Below, one piece after another: positions 1 through 8,635 of a DNA stretch of 20,154 nt. A model generated the notes under the pieces. That model saw only the letters and a list, made by a program, of their open reading frames with translations, did not search any database and was not told the origin of the DNA. Origin of the DNA: Candidatus Fraserbacteria bacterium (GTDB taxonomy: Bacteria; Bipolaricaulota; Bipolaricaulia; RBG-16-55-9); assembly GCA_037442925.1 (NCBI GenBank), contig JBBIPG010000041.1:1-20154 (forward strand), in the 5' to 3' direction. The translations under genes were made by a program, and so were the position numbers. Position 1 is the first letter of the stretch, and every line of letters starts with the position of its first letter.

Positions 1-2
1 GC

Positions 3-617
3 TACGTGATTGTCTCCCTGGAAGATTTGTATGATCTAGTGATAGACGACCACGAGCGGACGATCACCAAACAAGAGCTACAGAAGATTGCTGAGTTCTA
101 TGTGAAGCAAGTGGAGAGTTCGTCCCCGCACTACCCGCCCGACTACATTGATCTGGGCAATGATTACTTCTCGCTAGCCGATGCCTGGCAGGCCTTGATC
201 CAAGCGCTGGCGCACTATCAACAGACAGGTTCCCTACCTGATCAAGTCGTCGCCAAAGACGTTCTCGGCCCAACGACGCTAGTGAACTTGGTGACGACAC
301 CCATGACGGTTCCTGCGGGCGACATTCTGGAAAGTGCTAGCGTTGCGCTAGCAAGTGCGTTAGATCGCGTGCCCTCGTCGGTGAGACTGGAGCAAGCCGG
401 AATCGAGATCAATGCCAGCGAGCATTTGTATCTCATAGCGAAGGAGTTCTTGAACCTGTGGAGCGGAAGCCCTGTACCCATCGATCTTTTCAAGATCAGC
501 ATGATTTCAAGGAACGCGGAAGCCATTGCCCCTGACCCGAATGACCCGCGAAATGGTCAAGCTGACGCACTTACTAAGCAGCAGTTCTGGACGTTTAAGC
601 CAGCAAGATGGAAGTGA
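3..617 (+). CDS. 5'-truncated hypothetical protein (C-terminal part; possibly the tail of a secreted deacetylase/hydrolase-like protein)
   Basis: Frame is open from the window edge (TAC GTG ATT...) to TGA at 615-617. The sequence is protein-like and lies 21 nt upstream of the next gene. No diagnostic motif in the visible part. Confidence 0.7.
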   Translation, partial: YVIVSLEDLYDLVIDDHERTITKQELQKIAEFYVKQVESSSPHYPPDYIDLGNDYFSLADAWQALIQALAHYQQTGSLPDQVVAKDVLGPTTLVNLVTTPMTVPAGDILESASVALASALDRVPSSVRLEQAGIEINASEHLYLIAKEFLNLWSGSPVPIDLFKISMISRNAEAIAPDPNDPRNGQADALTKQQFWTFKPARWK

Positions 618-638
618 ATCAAAGTGGAGGTGGAACCA

Positions 639-2150
639 ATGACGCAACCATTGAAGGTTGTCGGTCTCGGTTTGGTGTTACTTGCTATTGCCTTGAGCGG
701 CAGCGACGGCACGTTGAACGGAGCCGTGTCACAGAGCAGCGGTGAGAACCCCATTTACGTCACGTTTGTCATTCACTTCGACCCGTTACCCACCGCCAAT
801 GGACAGGTGCTCAGAGAGGGTTACGAGCGAGAGCGCGATGCCCTAGCCTGGCTGGCCGACTATTTCGATCAAATAGAACGCGAGAAGGGACCTGACTTCG
901 TACCGAAGTTAACGTTGGAGATCGCTGGGGATCACGCCGAATACTACAGCGAAGACCCCGTGGGTCTGGCGTTGCTCAAGAGTCTCTACACCAAGGGGCA
1001 TACGTTGGGCGTTCACTTTCACAGCAACTACAAGGCCGGGCCACACCTTTGGCCTGATGGCCGCTCTCAAAATACGCCCGAGATGCATCGGCGCGTCGCG
1101 GCTGACCACATCAACGAAGTAGATGCACTCGTAGCTGCCGTCATTGGCACGTCTGATCCCGCAGCGATTCGTAAGGCCAATCACACCATCACGGGGCACT
1201 TTCTTGACGAACAATTAGCGCAGCAGATGGGCTTCGATCTCCTAACGGGCGGACGCAACGAAGCCCTCAATCTCTTCTTCGACCATGATGTTTATAATCC
1301 TTGGCGGCCAGCGATGGGGCCAGGAGCTTGGTCACTCAGCGAAGACTTAAATAGCCCTTGGATTCTGGTGCCGCAGGCACCCGTGTTGGGCGCTATTGGA
1401 GAGCATGCCCCACTGCCAACCGGAGTTTCACCTGAATACACCCAAGGGATGCGCTCCATGATCTGGCAGGACCTTTCTATCCCAGCGATGCAACGCAAGT
1501 TTCTGCATCTGTATCTGGAATGGCGAGCCCAGCTTGCCAGCCAGAAAGTCTGGGTCTTCGGCTGGCACGAGCACACGAACAATCTCTTGGCCGACGATGG
1601 CACGTACGGCAATACCCGCAACTTACGAGATGAAGTTCGAGAGTACGTGACATGGCTCAACGAGAATTTCATCAGCAAGCGTACTCCAGTCGGAAAGCTG
1701 ATCGCCCAATACGCCACTACTGAAGATGTCGCTCAAAAGTTTCAGGCTTGGGAGGCAGCTCATCCTGGGCAATCTTCTTTTAACTATCCCGTGCGCGTGC
1801 GCGACTTTGATGTGTACCCGTACCAGCTCAAGGGCTTGACGCGGGAGCTGATGTACGCACACTACGAAGTCGAGATTACAGCATTTCGAGATCAGGGTAT
1901 CAATGCTCACAAGCTTCTCAAGACCGACGGGCGTAATTGGGTCTATCAAGGCGAGAGAATCGTGAGCACAAAGCCAACTTGGAATATCTATCTGCTCTGG
2001 AGTGATGCAGGTGAGAAGGCGATTGACTTCTCAAGCGTTCTTGCCGGAACAGTAGAGTGTGTAGCCGGTCGCAGTGGTTCCGAGACAGTTCAACCGTCTG
2101 TCTCCCTACGCGTCGGCGAGGAGCCGATGATCTGTGTCGCTGCGCAATGA
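639..2150 (+). CDS. Secreted protein with a NodB/polysaccharide-deacetylase-like (beta/alpha) barrel and a C-terminal beta-sandwich
   Basis: SD GGAGGTG (626-632) precedes ATG 639. N-terminal signal peptide (KVVGLGLVLLAIALS). Motifs VTFVIHFDP, KLTLEI, GHTLGVHFH and FGWHEH resemble divergent CE4-like barrels. Confidence 0.6.
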   Translation: MTQPLKVVGLGLVLLAIALSGSDGTLNGAVSQSSGENPIYVTFVIHFDPLPTANGQVLREGYERERDALAWLADYFDQIEREKGPDFVPKLTLEIAGDHAEYYSEDPVGLALLKSLYTKGHTLGVHFHSNYKAGPHLWPDGRSQNTPEMHRRVAADHINEVDALVAAVIGTSDPAAIRKANHTITGHFLDEQLAQQMGFDLLTGGRNEALNLFFDHDVYNPWRPAMGPGAWSLSEDLNSPWILVPQAPVLGAIGEHAPLPTGVSPEYTQGMRSMIWQDLSIPAMQRKFLHLYLEWRAQLASQKVWVFGWHEHTNNLLADDGTYGNTRNLRDEVREYVTWLNENFISKRTPVGKLIAQYATTEDVAQKFQAWEAAHPGQSSFNYPVRVRDFDVYPYQLKGLTRELMYAHYEVEITAFRDQGINAHKLLKTDGRNWVYQGERIVSTKPTWNIYLLWSDAGEKAIDFSSVLAGTVECVAGRSGSETVQPSVSLRVGEEPMICVAAQ

Positions 2151-2174
2151 ACTGCTCGAGTCGGACAAATAGAG

Positions 2175-3011
2175 CTACTCAGGCGGCACAACGCCGCTCG
2201 CGCGCGTCACCCTCAGACCCCGTTTCTCCAGCTCCGCAATGAATGAATTGATCCCGAGTGAATCGCTCGCGATGTGGCCGGTCACGATCAAGTTCTTGTT
2301 CTTCGCTTGGAACTCCTGCTGAAGTCTTCTCGAGTCCGGCCCCGCACAGTGAATGTAGATCACCGTGTCCATGCCATGCTCAAAGTAGGCTTTGGCCACG
2401 GGGTAGCCACCGTTGGTCCCGCAGGCGTGAGAGACGGCCACGCGGCCAATCTGGTTCTCAGGCTTGCCTACGCGAACTTCTATCTGTGTCTGTGCGTTCT
2501 TAAATTCGCTCATGTCACTCTGAAATCTCGCGATCAACTCGCGAACGGTGTTTTCCGGGCGCAGCTTCTCGACGGATGTCAGCATGAGCTTGCGACCAAT
2601 CTCATCCAGAGGCAAGTGAACGTTCATGTATGCCAAGTTTAGCATTCGGGCGAACGAAGGCGCGTGGTCATAGTTGGCGATATGGGCTTGACAGCGCGCA
2701 TCGTAGATTCGCTCCGCCATCGCTTGTTCTGCTACGTCTTCGGGAACCCCATGCGCGATCATCATCTCGACGTGGCGGTGTAAGACTTCCGGAAAGTGGA
2801 GCGTGGAAGAGCCTCCTTTGGGATGGTGCGAGATGACCAGATCAAAGCCCAGTTGTTTGGCAATCAATAACTCCGCAGCGTCTAAGTCAATCCCGATGAG
2901 CGCATTCTTGAGATTCTTGCCGGACGTGTAGATGGCACTATCGGCGGGTACCTCATGAAAACCGGACATCTCGATGGCCAGCTGCATGATCTCTTCTGTG
3001 CTTAAGCTCAT
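2175..3011 (-). CDS. NIF3-like dinuclear metal-centre protein
   Basis: Motifs GIDLDAAELLIAKQLGFDLVISHHP, NVHLPLDE, GGY, YIH and GHIASDSLGIN are typical of the NIF3/YbgI-related family. Confidence 0.75.
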   Translation of the reverse strand: MSLSTEEIMQLAIEMSGFHEVPADSAIYTSGKNLKNALIGIDLDAAELLIAKQLGFDLVISHHPKGGSSTLHFPEVLHRHVEMMIAHGVPEDVAEQAMAERIYDARCQAHIANYDHAPSFARMLNLAYMNVHLPLDEIGRKLMLTSVEKLRPENTVRELIARFQSDMSEFKNAQTQIEVRVGKPENQIGRVAVSHACGTNGGYPVAKAYFEHGMDTVIYIHCAGPDSRRLQQEFQAKNKNLIVTGHIASDSLGINSFIAELEKRGLRVTRASGVVPPE

Positions 3012-3017
3012 AGACTC

Positions 3018-3473
3018 TCACCTACAGGTGCCCGAAGTGCCCATCCCATCGACTTGGTGCGTGAGCGCATCGCCGATGAAATCAAAGGTGGAGGAGATCC
3101 CAAACCACCCCGACGTCCCATCCGGATTGATGACCACCTTGATCATCCCTCTTTGGCTACGGATCTCGCCATCATCGACGATGACGATCCATCGTCTGCC
3201 CGTCCAGTGGACCCCGCAGATGCGGAAGTTGACGGTACTGGCAGTCCCCGCCAGCCCGATTCTACTTTCGACCAGGGTATTGCCGTCATCATCCAGAATG
3301 CTATAATACAGCCGCTCATCTCCCGCTACCTCCGCAACCCACGTCACCAAGATCTTCGGCGGATTGCCCTGAGCCGACCCCAAAACCCGCTGAGCGAAAG
3401 CCCATCCCCCCAACACCACACCGGTCACAAGCAACATCAACGCCACAAGCTTCACTAGACTGTTTTGCCCCAT
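3018..3473 (-). CDS. Hypothetical exported/membrane-anchored protein
   Basis: SD AAAGGAG lies 10 nt upstream of ATG 3473 (alternative GTG 3482). N-terminal hydrophobic segment. Packed between wecB and the NIF3-like gene with a 6-nt gap to the latter. Confidence 0.65.
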   Translation of the reverse strand: MGQNSLVKLVALMLLVTGVVLGGWAFAQRVLGSAQGNPPKILVTWVAEVAGDERLYYSILDDDGNTLVESRIGLAGTASTVNFRICGVHWTGRRWIVIVDDGEIRSQRGMIKVVINPDGTSGWFGISSTFDFIGDALTHQVDGMGTSGTCR

Positions 3474-3502
3474 ATGACCCACGCTCCTTTCATCTTGATG
3501 AT

Positions 3503-4603
3503 TTATACCCTTCCCCTCAGGATCTGGACAATGCGCTCTGCCGCCCGGCCATCGCCATAGGGATTACCCGGACCTGCCATCTTCGCATAGGCTATTGGGT
3601 CTTCCAGAAGCGTGCACGTCTCTCGTACGATGCGCTCTGTAGCTGTGCCGACGAGCTTAGCCACCCCCCGTTCGACGCCCTCCGGTCGCTCTGTGGTCTC
3701 ACGCAACACCAAAAGAGGCTTGCCGAACGAAGGAGCTTCCTCTTGCACTCCTCCAGAGTCCGTCAAGATGAGATACGCTTGCTCCATCAACTTGAGAAAT
3801 GGCAGATACTCCAGGGGTTCCAGTAAATGGACACGCTCGATTCCATCTAGAATGCGATGGACCGGCTCACGCACCGGAGGGCTTAAATGAACGGGATAGA
3901 CGATCTCCACCTCGGGTCGGTGCTCCACGATCTCTTTTAATGCGTGACAGATCGCTTCCAATCGATCCCCAAAGCTCTCCCGCCGATGGGCCGTCACCAG
4001 AAGCAAGCGATGGTCTTGCGGTATCGTGATCGGGGAATCCACATCGTGAAACCTCTTTTCCTGCAAGATGATGTGTAGGGCGTCCACTATCGTATTGCCC
4101 GTGAGGTGGATCTTCTTGGGGGGAATGCCCTCGGCGAGGAGGCTCTGCCGGGCACGCACTGTAGGAGCGAAGAGCCAATCGGCCAGGTGATCCGTCAGCC
4201 GTCTATTCATCTCCTCTGGGAAGGGGTGGTGCTTGTCATACGTTCTAAGACCCGCCTCTACATGAGCGATGGGAATGTGCTCGTAAAAAGCAGCCAGGGT
4301 TGCAGCAAAGGTTGTTGTGGTGTCCCCTTGGACGATGAGGGCCTTGGGGCGCTCTCTGCGCAAGACTTCCCTCAACCCGACGAGCACTTCGGTTGTGATA
4401 TGATATAGATCCTGGGAAGCTCTCATGATCGCCAGGTTATAATCAACACGGATATCAAAGAACTCGATGAAGGGATCGAGCATTTCGCGATGCTGCCCCG
4501 TGATGCAGACCTTGTACTTAATCCCTTGGCGCTCAAGCTCTCTGACGACCGGAGCCAACTTGATGGCCTCCGGCCGAGTTCCAAAGACCATTAGGATCGC
4601 CAA
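3503..4603 (-). CDS. wecB: UDP-N-acetylglucosamine 2-epimerase (non-hydrolysing)
   Basis: GTRPEAIKLAP, TGQHREML, VQGDTTT, HVEAGLRT, PFPEEMNR, TDSGGVQEEAP, TERPEG, NPYGDG. TTG start. Confidence 0.96.
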   Translation of the reverse strand: MAILMVFGTRPEAIKLAPVVRELERQGIKYKVCITGQHREMLDPFIEFFDIRVDYNLAIMRASQDLYHITTEVLVGLREVLRRERPKALIVQGDTTTTFAATLAAFYEHIPIAHVEAGLRTYDKHHPFPEEMNRRLTDHLADWLFAPTVRARQSLLAEGIPPKKIHLTGNTIVDALHIILQEKRFHDVDSPITIPQDHRLLLVTAHRRESFGDRLEAICHALKEIVEHRPEVEIVYPVHLSPPVREPVHRILDGIERVHLLEPLEYLPFLKLMEQAYLILTDSGGVQEEAPSFGKPLLVLRETTERPEGVERGVAKLVGTATERIVRETCTLLEDPIAYAKMAGPGNPYGDGRAAERIVQILRGRV

Positions 4604-4670
4604 AGAGGCCCCCTTCCCTTTTCACAGGTTTTATACAGCCACCGGTACGCCTCCGCCAAGCGCATCCAAC

Positions 4671-4699
4671 TTGACAGAACACCCGCAAGATCATACGCT
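4671..4699 (+). promoter_or_regulatory. sigma70-type promoter for the first GH113 gene
   Basis: TTGACA (4671-4676), 17-nt spacer, TACGCT (4694-4699). ATG at 4711 has no SD. Confidence 0.65.
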
Positions 4700-4710
4700 C
4701 ACAAGCCATC

Positions 4711-5748
4711 ATGAGTAATCTCGAGCGTTGGCTGGCGTTTCTTCTGGTGCTGCTCCTAGGGATACTGTTAGGGCAAAGGCATCAAGGTCCGGAACCGCTG
4801 AAGACCACGAACCTACAGCGAGGGATCAACTTCGTCGCATACGAACCAGAGCAATATCGTCTCCCCTCCATTGAGGAGGACCTAAAGCACCTGAAATCTC
4901 TCGGGGTTAACTGGGTTGCAGTCGTAGTCACCTGGTATCAGTCTGAACTCTCGTCCACGGTGATTGCACCAGTTCCAGAGCGCTCAGCTGAGGATGAGGA
5001 TGTCGTGAAATTGCTCCGCTATCTGCACAAACTGGACATGAACGCCTTCCTGCGACCGATGGTGGATGTAAGCGATGGCCATTGGCGCGGCGAGATCGAG
5101 TTCTCTTCTGAAGCCGACTGGGCTGCGTGGTTTCAGAGCTATGAGGCGTTTCTCATGCGTTATGCGGAGCGGGCGACCCGTGAGGGAGTGGATCTCTTCT
5201 CCGTGGGCGTGGAACTGGAGGGGACGGTGCAACGGGAACGCGAGTGGCGCCAGCTGATCGGGCGCGTGCGCCGTGTGTTTGCAGGCCCACTGCTCTACTC
5301 CGCCAACTGGGATGGCTATCAGAATGTCCCCTTTTGGGATGCGCTCGATTACGTGGGGATTGATGCCTACTTCGAGTTGAATACAGATCCGGATTCGAAG
5401 CTCACTCCCGATGTTCTGGCCGCGGCTTGGAGCCCGTGGGTGGAGCAATTGGACGCGTTCGCAGCGGGGGTGAGCCAGCCGATCGTGTTCACGGAGATCG
5501 GCGCGCGTAGCGTGCAGGGCACATCCCGTCGCCCCTGGGACTGGCTTAGGGAAGCTCCCATTTCTCTCGAAGAACAGGCAAACTACTATGAAGCGGCATT
5601 TCAGGTCTTCTGGGGACGCCCTTGGCTGGCCGGTCTCTACTGGTGGACTTGGCTGCCCGATCCAAAACGGGGTGGAGCAGACGACGATGGGTACTCGCCC
5701 CGAGGCAAGCCCGCCGAAGAGATCCTCAAATCTTGGTATTCTGGGTGA
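4711..5748 (+). CDS. Glycoside hydrolase family 113 (beta-mannanase-like TIM barrel), N-terminally anchored/secreted
   Basis: LGVNWVAV, LRPMVD..DGHWRGEI, WFQSY, GVEL (acid/base Glu), YSANWD, FWDALDYVGIDAYF, FTEIG (nucleophile Glu). N-terminal hydrophobic helix. Confidence 0.88.
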   Translation: MSNLERWLAFLLVLLLGILLGQRHQGPEPLKTTNLQRGINFVAYEPEQYRLPSIEEDLKHLKSLGVNWVAVVVTWYQSELSSTVIAPVPERSAEDEDVVKLLRYLHKLDMNAFLRPMVDVSDGHWRGEIEFSSEADWAAWFQSYEAFLMRYAERATREGVDLFSVGVELEGTVQREREWRQLIGRVRRVFAGPLLYSANWDGYQNVPFWDALDYVGIDAYFELNTDPDSKLTPDVLAAAWSPWVEQLDAFAAGVSQPIVFTEIGARSVQGTSRRPWDWLREAPISLEEQANYYEAAFQVFWGRPWLAGLYWWTWLPDPKRGGADDDGYSPRGKPAEEILKSWYSG

Positions 5749-5753
5749 TTCCC

Positions 5754-5782
5754 TTGAGAGAGTGGGGCATTTCGGTTATCTT
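5754..5782 (+). promoter_or_regulatory. Possible sigma70-type promoter for the second GH113 gene
   Basis: TTGAGA (5754-5759), 17-nt spacer, TATCTT (5777-5782). Confidence 0.4.
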
Positions 5783-5848
5783 TCCCTCAGCGAAAAATCA
5801 CTGCGCTTGAGTGTCTCGATGACAGGCAAAAATAAAAAAGGAGGGCCT

Positions 5849-6928
5849 ATGTGTAAGGAACGGGTGAACCTCGCACGTTTGACCTTAGCCATCACGCTTC
5901 TTATGGCAAGCACCTTAGGGGGAGCAGCGGTCGCTACTAGTCAAGCAACGTCTTCCGCGAACCCACCCTTCGTGCGAGCCGTCTGGTACACGACGGATGA
6001 CCCCAGTCGCTACTCTTCCCGGATCGTAGCCGACGATCTTGCCTTTCTGAAGGAGAAACTTTGCCCAACTCACATCTTGATCAAGGCCTTCGTCTATCAA
6101 GAGGGCAAAGATTCTGTCGATCCTAAGATCGATCCTCAGCGTACCCTCTCAGACGACGCCCTGCGTCAAATCGTCGCTCAAATTCATCAGGTAGGAATGG
6201 GTGTGGTCTTCTTGCCCGTCCTCTTTGTGGACGATGGAACGTGGGAAGGAGCCATCACGCCGTCGGATGTGGATGCGTGGTTCTCCCATTGGCTGGATAT
6301 AGTGGCTCATTATGCGGATCTTGCCGAGGAGACCAGCATAGAGATCTTGCTCATTGGCTCTGAGATGGTCACCCTCCGAGACTACCACGACCACTGGCTT
6401 AGGGTGATCGAGGCCGCGCGACAACGCTATCAAGGCTTACTCGGTTACTCGGAGAACTGGTGGTTTGATGAGGCCTTCTACCAAAGTGTCTTAGCCATGC
6501 AGCAGTGGGCCGAGCTCGACTATATCGGTGTTACAAACTATTTCGAGCTGACCGACAAAACAGATCCCAGTCTATCGGAGTTGGAGTCCGCCTGGCGCCG
6601 CAACCGAAATGGTCGCAACGTGCTCGACGACTTAGATAGGCTGAGTAGCCGATACGGCAATAAGCCCATTGTCTTCTGGGAGTTTGGCTACCAGAGCAAG
6701 GATGGCACCAACATCGAACCCTGGAATTTCCTGCGGGAAGCCGATCCCGATCCCCAAGAGCAAGCAGATGCCTACCAAGCCTACTTCAATGTCTTTTCGT
6801 CCTTTCCCTGGTGGAGTGGACAAGGCATCTTCGCAGAGCAGGTAGGGCTGCCCATGGATGCCTTCGGGTATGGTGTGCTCGGCAAGCCATCAGAGTTGGT
6901 GATCGCACAACAGGCGTGCAGCCCGTGA
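5849..6928 (+). CDS. Second, divergent glycoside hydrolase family 113 protein, secreted
   Basis: SD AAGGAGG precedes ATG 5849. Signal peptide. Motifs DDGTWEGAI, IGSEM, YSENWW, LDYIGVTNYFEL, FWEFGYQS and QEQADAYQA. Confidence 0.82.
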   Translation: MCKERVNLARLTLAITLLMASTLGGAAVATSQATSSANPPFVRAVWYTTDDPSRYSSRIVADDLAFLKEKLCPTHILIKAFVYQEGKDSVDPKIDPQRTLSDDALRQIVAQIHQVGMGVVFLPVLFVDDGTWEGAITPSDVDAWFSHWLDIVAHYADLAEETSIEILLIGSEMVTLRDYHDHWLRVIEAARQRYQGLLGYSENWWFDEAFYQSVLAMQQWAELDYIGVTNYFELTDKTDPSLSELESAWRRNRNGRNVLDDLDRLSSRYGNKPIVFWEFGYQSKDGTNIEPWNFLREADPDPQEQADAYQAYFNVFSSFPWWSGQGIFAEQVGLPMDAFGYGVLGKPSELVIAQQACSP

Positions 6929-6934
6929 TTGAGC

Positions 6935-8545
6935 TTAGCCCATCCGTCCTTCCTGGAGGGCCATCTGCATTAATCGCTGGGCATCTGCGAAACTGACGAG
7001 ACCATCGCCGTCAAAGTCGTAATAGCGACTGAACTTCTGCACCGGCTCTGAGTCATAATGAAACGCAAGTAGGATCGCATCATCTAGGGTGAGCTGCCCA
7101 TTGCCATCGACGTCTTCGAACAACCCATCCCCATCGAGGTCTTGGGGCGAGCGCAACGCATCGCCCAGCAGAGGAAGCACGATAGCCAAAGTGAACCCTT
7201 GAAGGGCTGCTTGGATAGGTCGACCTGCATCGTCAGTGAGGACTTTGACTTCCATGCTGAACTCGACATGCCCTGGCTGGAGTGTGGTCAAGGCCATCTG
7301 TGCCAGAATGATAGACTCCGCTCCAGGTCGAATCCCGTTGCGGAAATCCACAGCCCGAATCTCCATTACTCCCTCCGAATGCTGCATCACTCGGACAAAA
7401 CGGGGATCGAGCCCCGGGACCGTTGCACCGTCGAGCTGGACAAGCGCGGGGTCTGAAACGCGCACAATCACGGCGTAGCGTTGTAGTCCTTGAGGAGCCT
7501 TGGTTAGGATGAGATCTACAATTCCTTCCGCTTGCGGCATCAAGCTGGGAGGACCTGCGAGAAGAAGGGTCGTCTCGGAGGAGGGCTGGGGCAGCGGTGG
7601 CTCTGGCGTCTTTGATCCTGCGACTGCAATTTGTCCCGCGATGATGACGGGGGTCACGCTGTTTCCTGAATCGTCGATGTAGGCGACGACCTCAATGAGG
7701 AGCTGGGTGCGGCCTGCTTGCAGCCCTTCTAGGGTTAGCTGGGCCAGGATTTGATCGCGCGCGCCCGCCTCCAGTTGATGCGTCAGTAAGTCAAGCAGTC
7801 GTATTCGAATCTTGTCCGCGCCCTGCTCGAGAATCATAAACGCGTCTCCCGAAAGCACGCCCGGCGCGATCGCGGTAAATCGAGCAACAGCGGGATCCTG
7901 CATGGAAAAGACGATGTCAGCACTCTGCAGGCCCTGAGGAGCCTGGCCCAGGATGATGGCACCCTGCGTTTGCTCCCCCACTTTGAGCGTTACATCTCCT
8001 GCGCGCAAGATCGTGGGTTCTTCTTGGGCCATCTTTCCCGCAAAGACAAGCACGGTGGCAACGGATGGGATCGACACCTCTTGGCCATAGTCATCCTGGA
8101 GCCGTGCAATTCGTAAAGACGCGGTCGTCCGCGCTTCGACCATGGCTTTGACTCTGATGCGCACAAGCGGGATCTGATGAACACCTGGGCGCAGGAGATT
8201 GAAGAGATCCACGATGCGTAACCCAACGGACTTGTCTGTCTGTTTTGTCACGCGGGTCGGCCAAGCCCCCAATGGCTCCAGCTGAAAAATCTGGACAAGG
8301 CCTGTGGTATCGAAGTTGATCTCCAAGTCGACGGTTCTTAAGCCATTGGAGGCATCCTGTAGAACTACAATCAACATCACTGTGGTGGAATCCTCTGGCA
8401 GTGGAGTGGCTTCTAAGAGAAAAGAGGTTCCTTGGTCCGTAGAGGTCTGAAGCGCTAGAGCGGGCACATGGATGCTCAGAAGAAGCATGAGCCAACTGAG
8501 GGCCACCCCGAGTCCCTGCCGAGTCCACGACGCCTTCATGTTCAC
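6935..8545 (-). CDS. Secreted protein with three cohesin-like repeats and a C-terminal dockerin (archaeal-type mini-scaffoldin)
   Basis: Signal peptide, then three ~125-aa repeats sharing A(S/P)xGL...(V/L)D(L/F)...G...DDxG. Pro-rich linker KTPEPPLPQP. C-terminal paired Ca-binding loops PQDLDGDGLFEDVDGNGQLTLDD...YDFDGDGLVSFAD. Start is GTG 8545 or ATG 8539. Confidence 0.8.
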   Translation of the reverse strand: MNMKASWTRQGLGVALSWLMLLLSIHVPALALQTSTDQGTSFLLEATPLPEDSTTVMLIVVLQDASNGLRTVDLEINFDTTGLVQIFQLEPLGAWPTRVTKQTDKSVGLRIVDLFNLLRPGVHQIPLVRIRVKAMVEARTTASLRIARLQDDYGQEVSIPSVATVLVFAGKMAQEEPTILRAGDVTLKVGEQTQGAIILGQAPQGLQSADIVFSMQDPAVARFTAIAPGVLSGDAFMILEQGADKIRIRLLDLLTHQLEAGARDQILAQLTLEGLQAGRTQLLIEVVAYIDDSGNSVTPVIIAGQIAVAGSKTPEPPLPQPSSETTLLLAGPPSLMPQAEGIVDLILTKAPQGLQRYAVIVRVSDPALVQLDGATVPGLDPRFVRVMQHSEGVMEIRAVDFRNGIRPGAESIILAQMALTTLQPGHVEFSMEVKVLTDDAGRPIQAALQGFTLAIVLPLLGDALRSPQDLDGDGLFEDVDGNGQLTLDDAILLAFHYDSEPVQKFSRYYDFDGDGLVSFADAQRLMQMALQEGRMG

Positions 8546-8635
8546 ACTCTAGAAGATGAATGCACAAGGGGCAGATTGGCAATCCTGGTCGTCCATGATC
8601 GAAGCGAACCTTGTCACCCAGCAAAGAACGATCCG

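Noticed and set aside
5588..5848. N-terminal extension of the second GH113 from ATG 5588
   Set aside because: Overlaps the first GH113 by 161 nt. A strong SD and signal peptide support ATG 5849.
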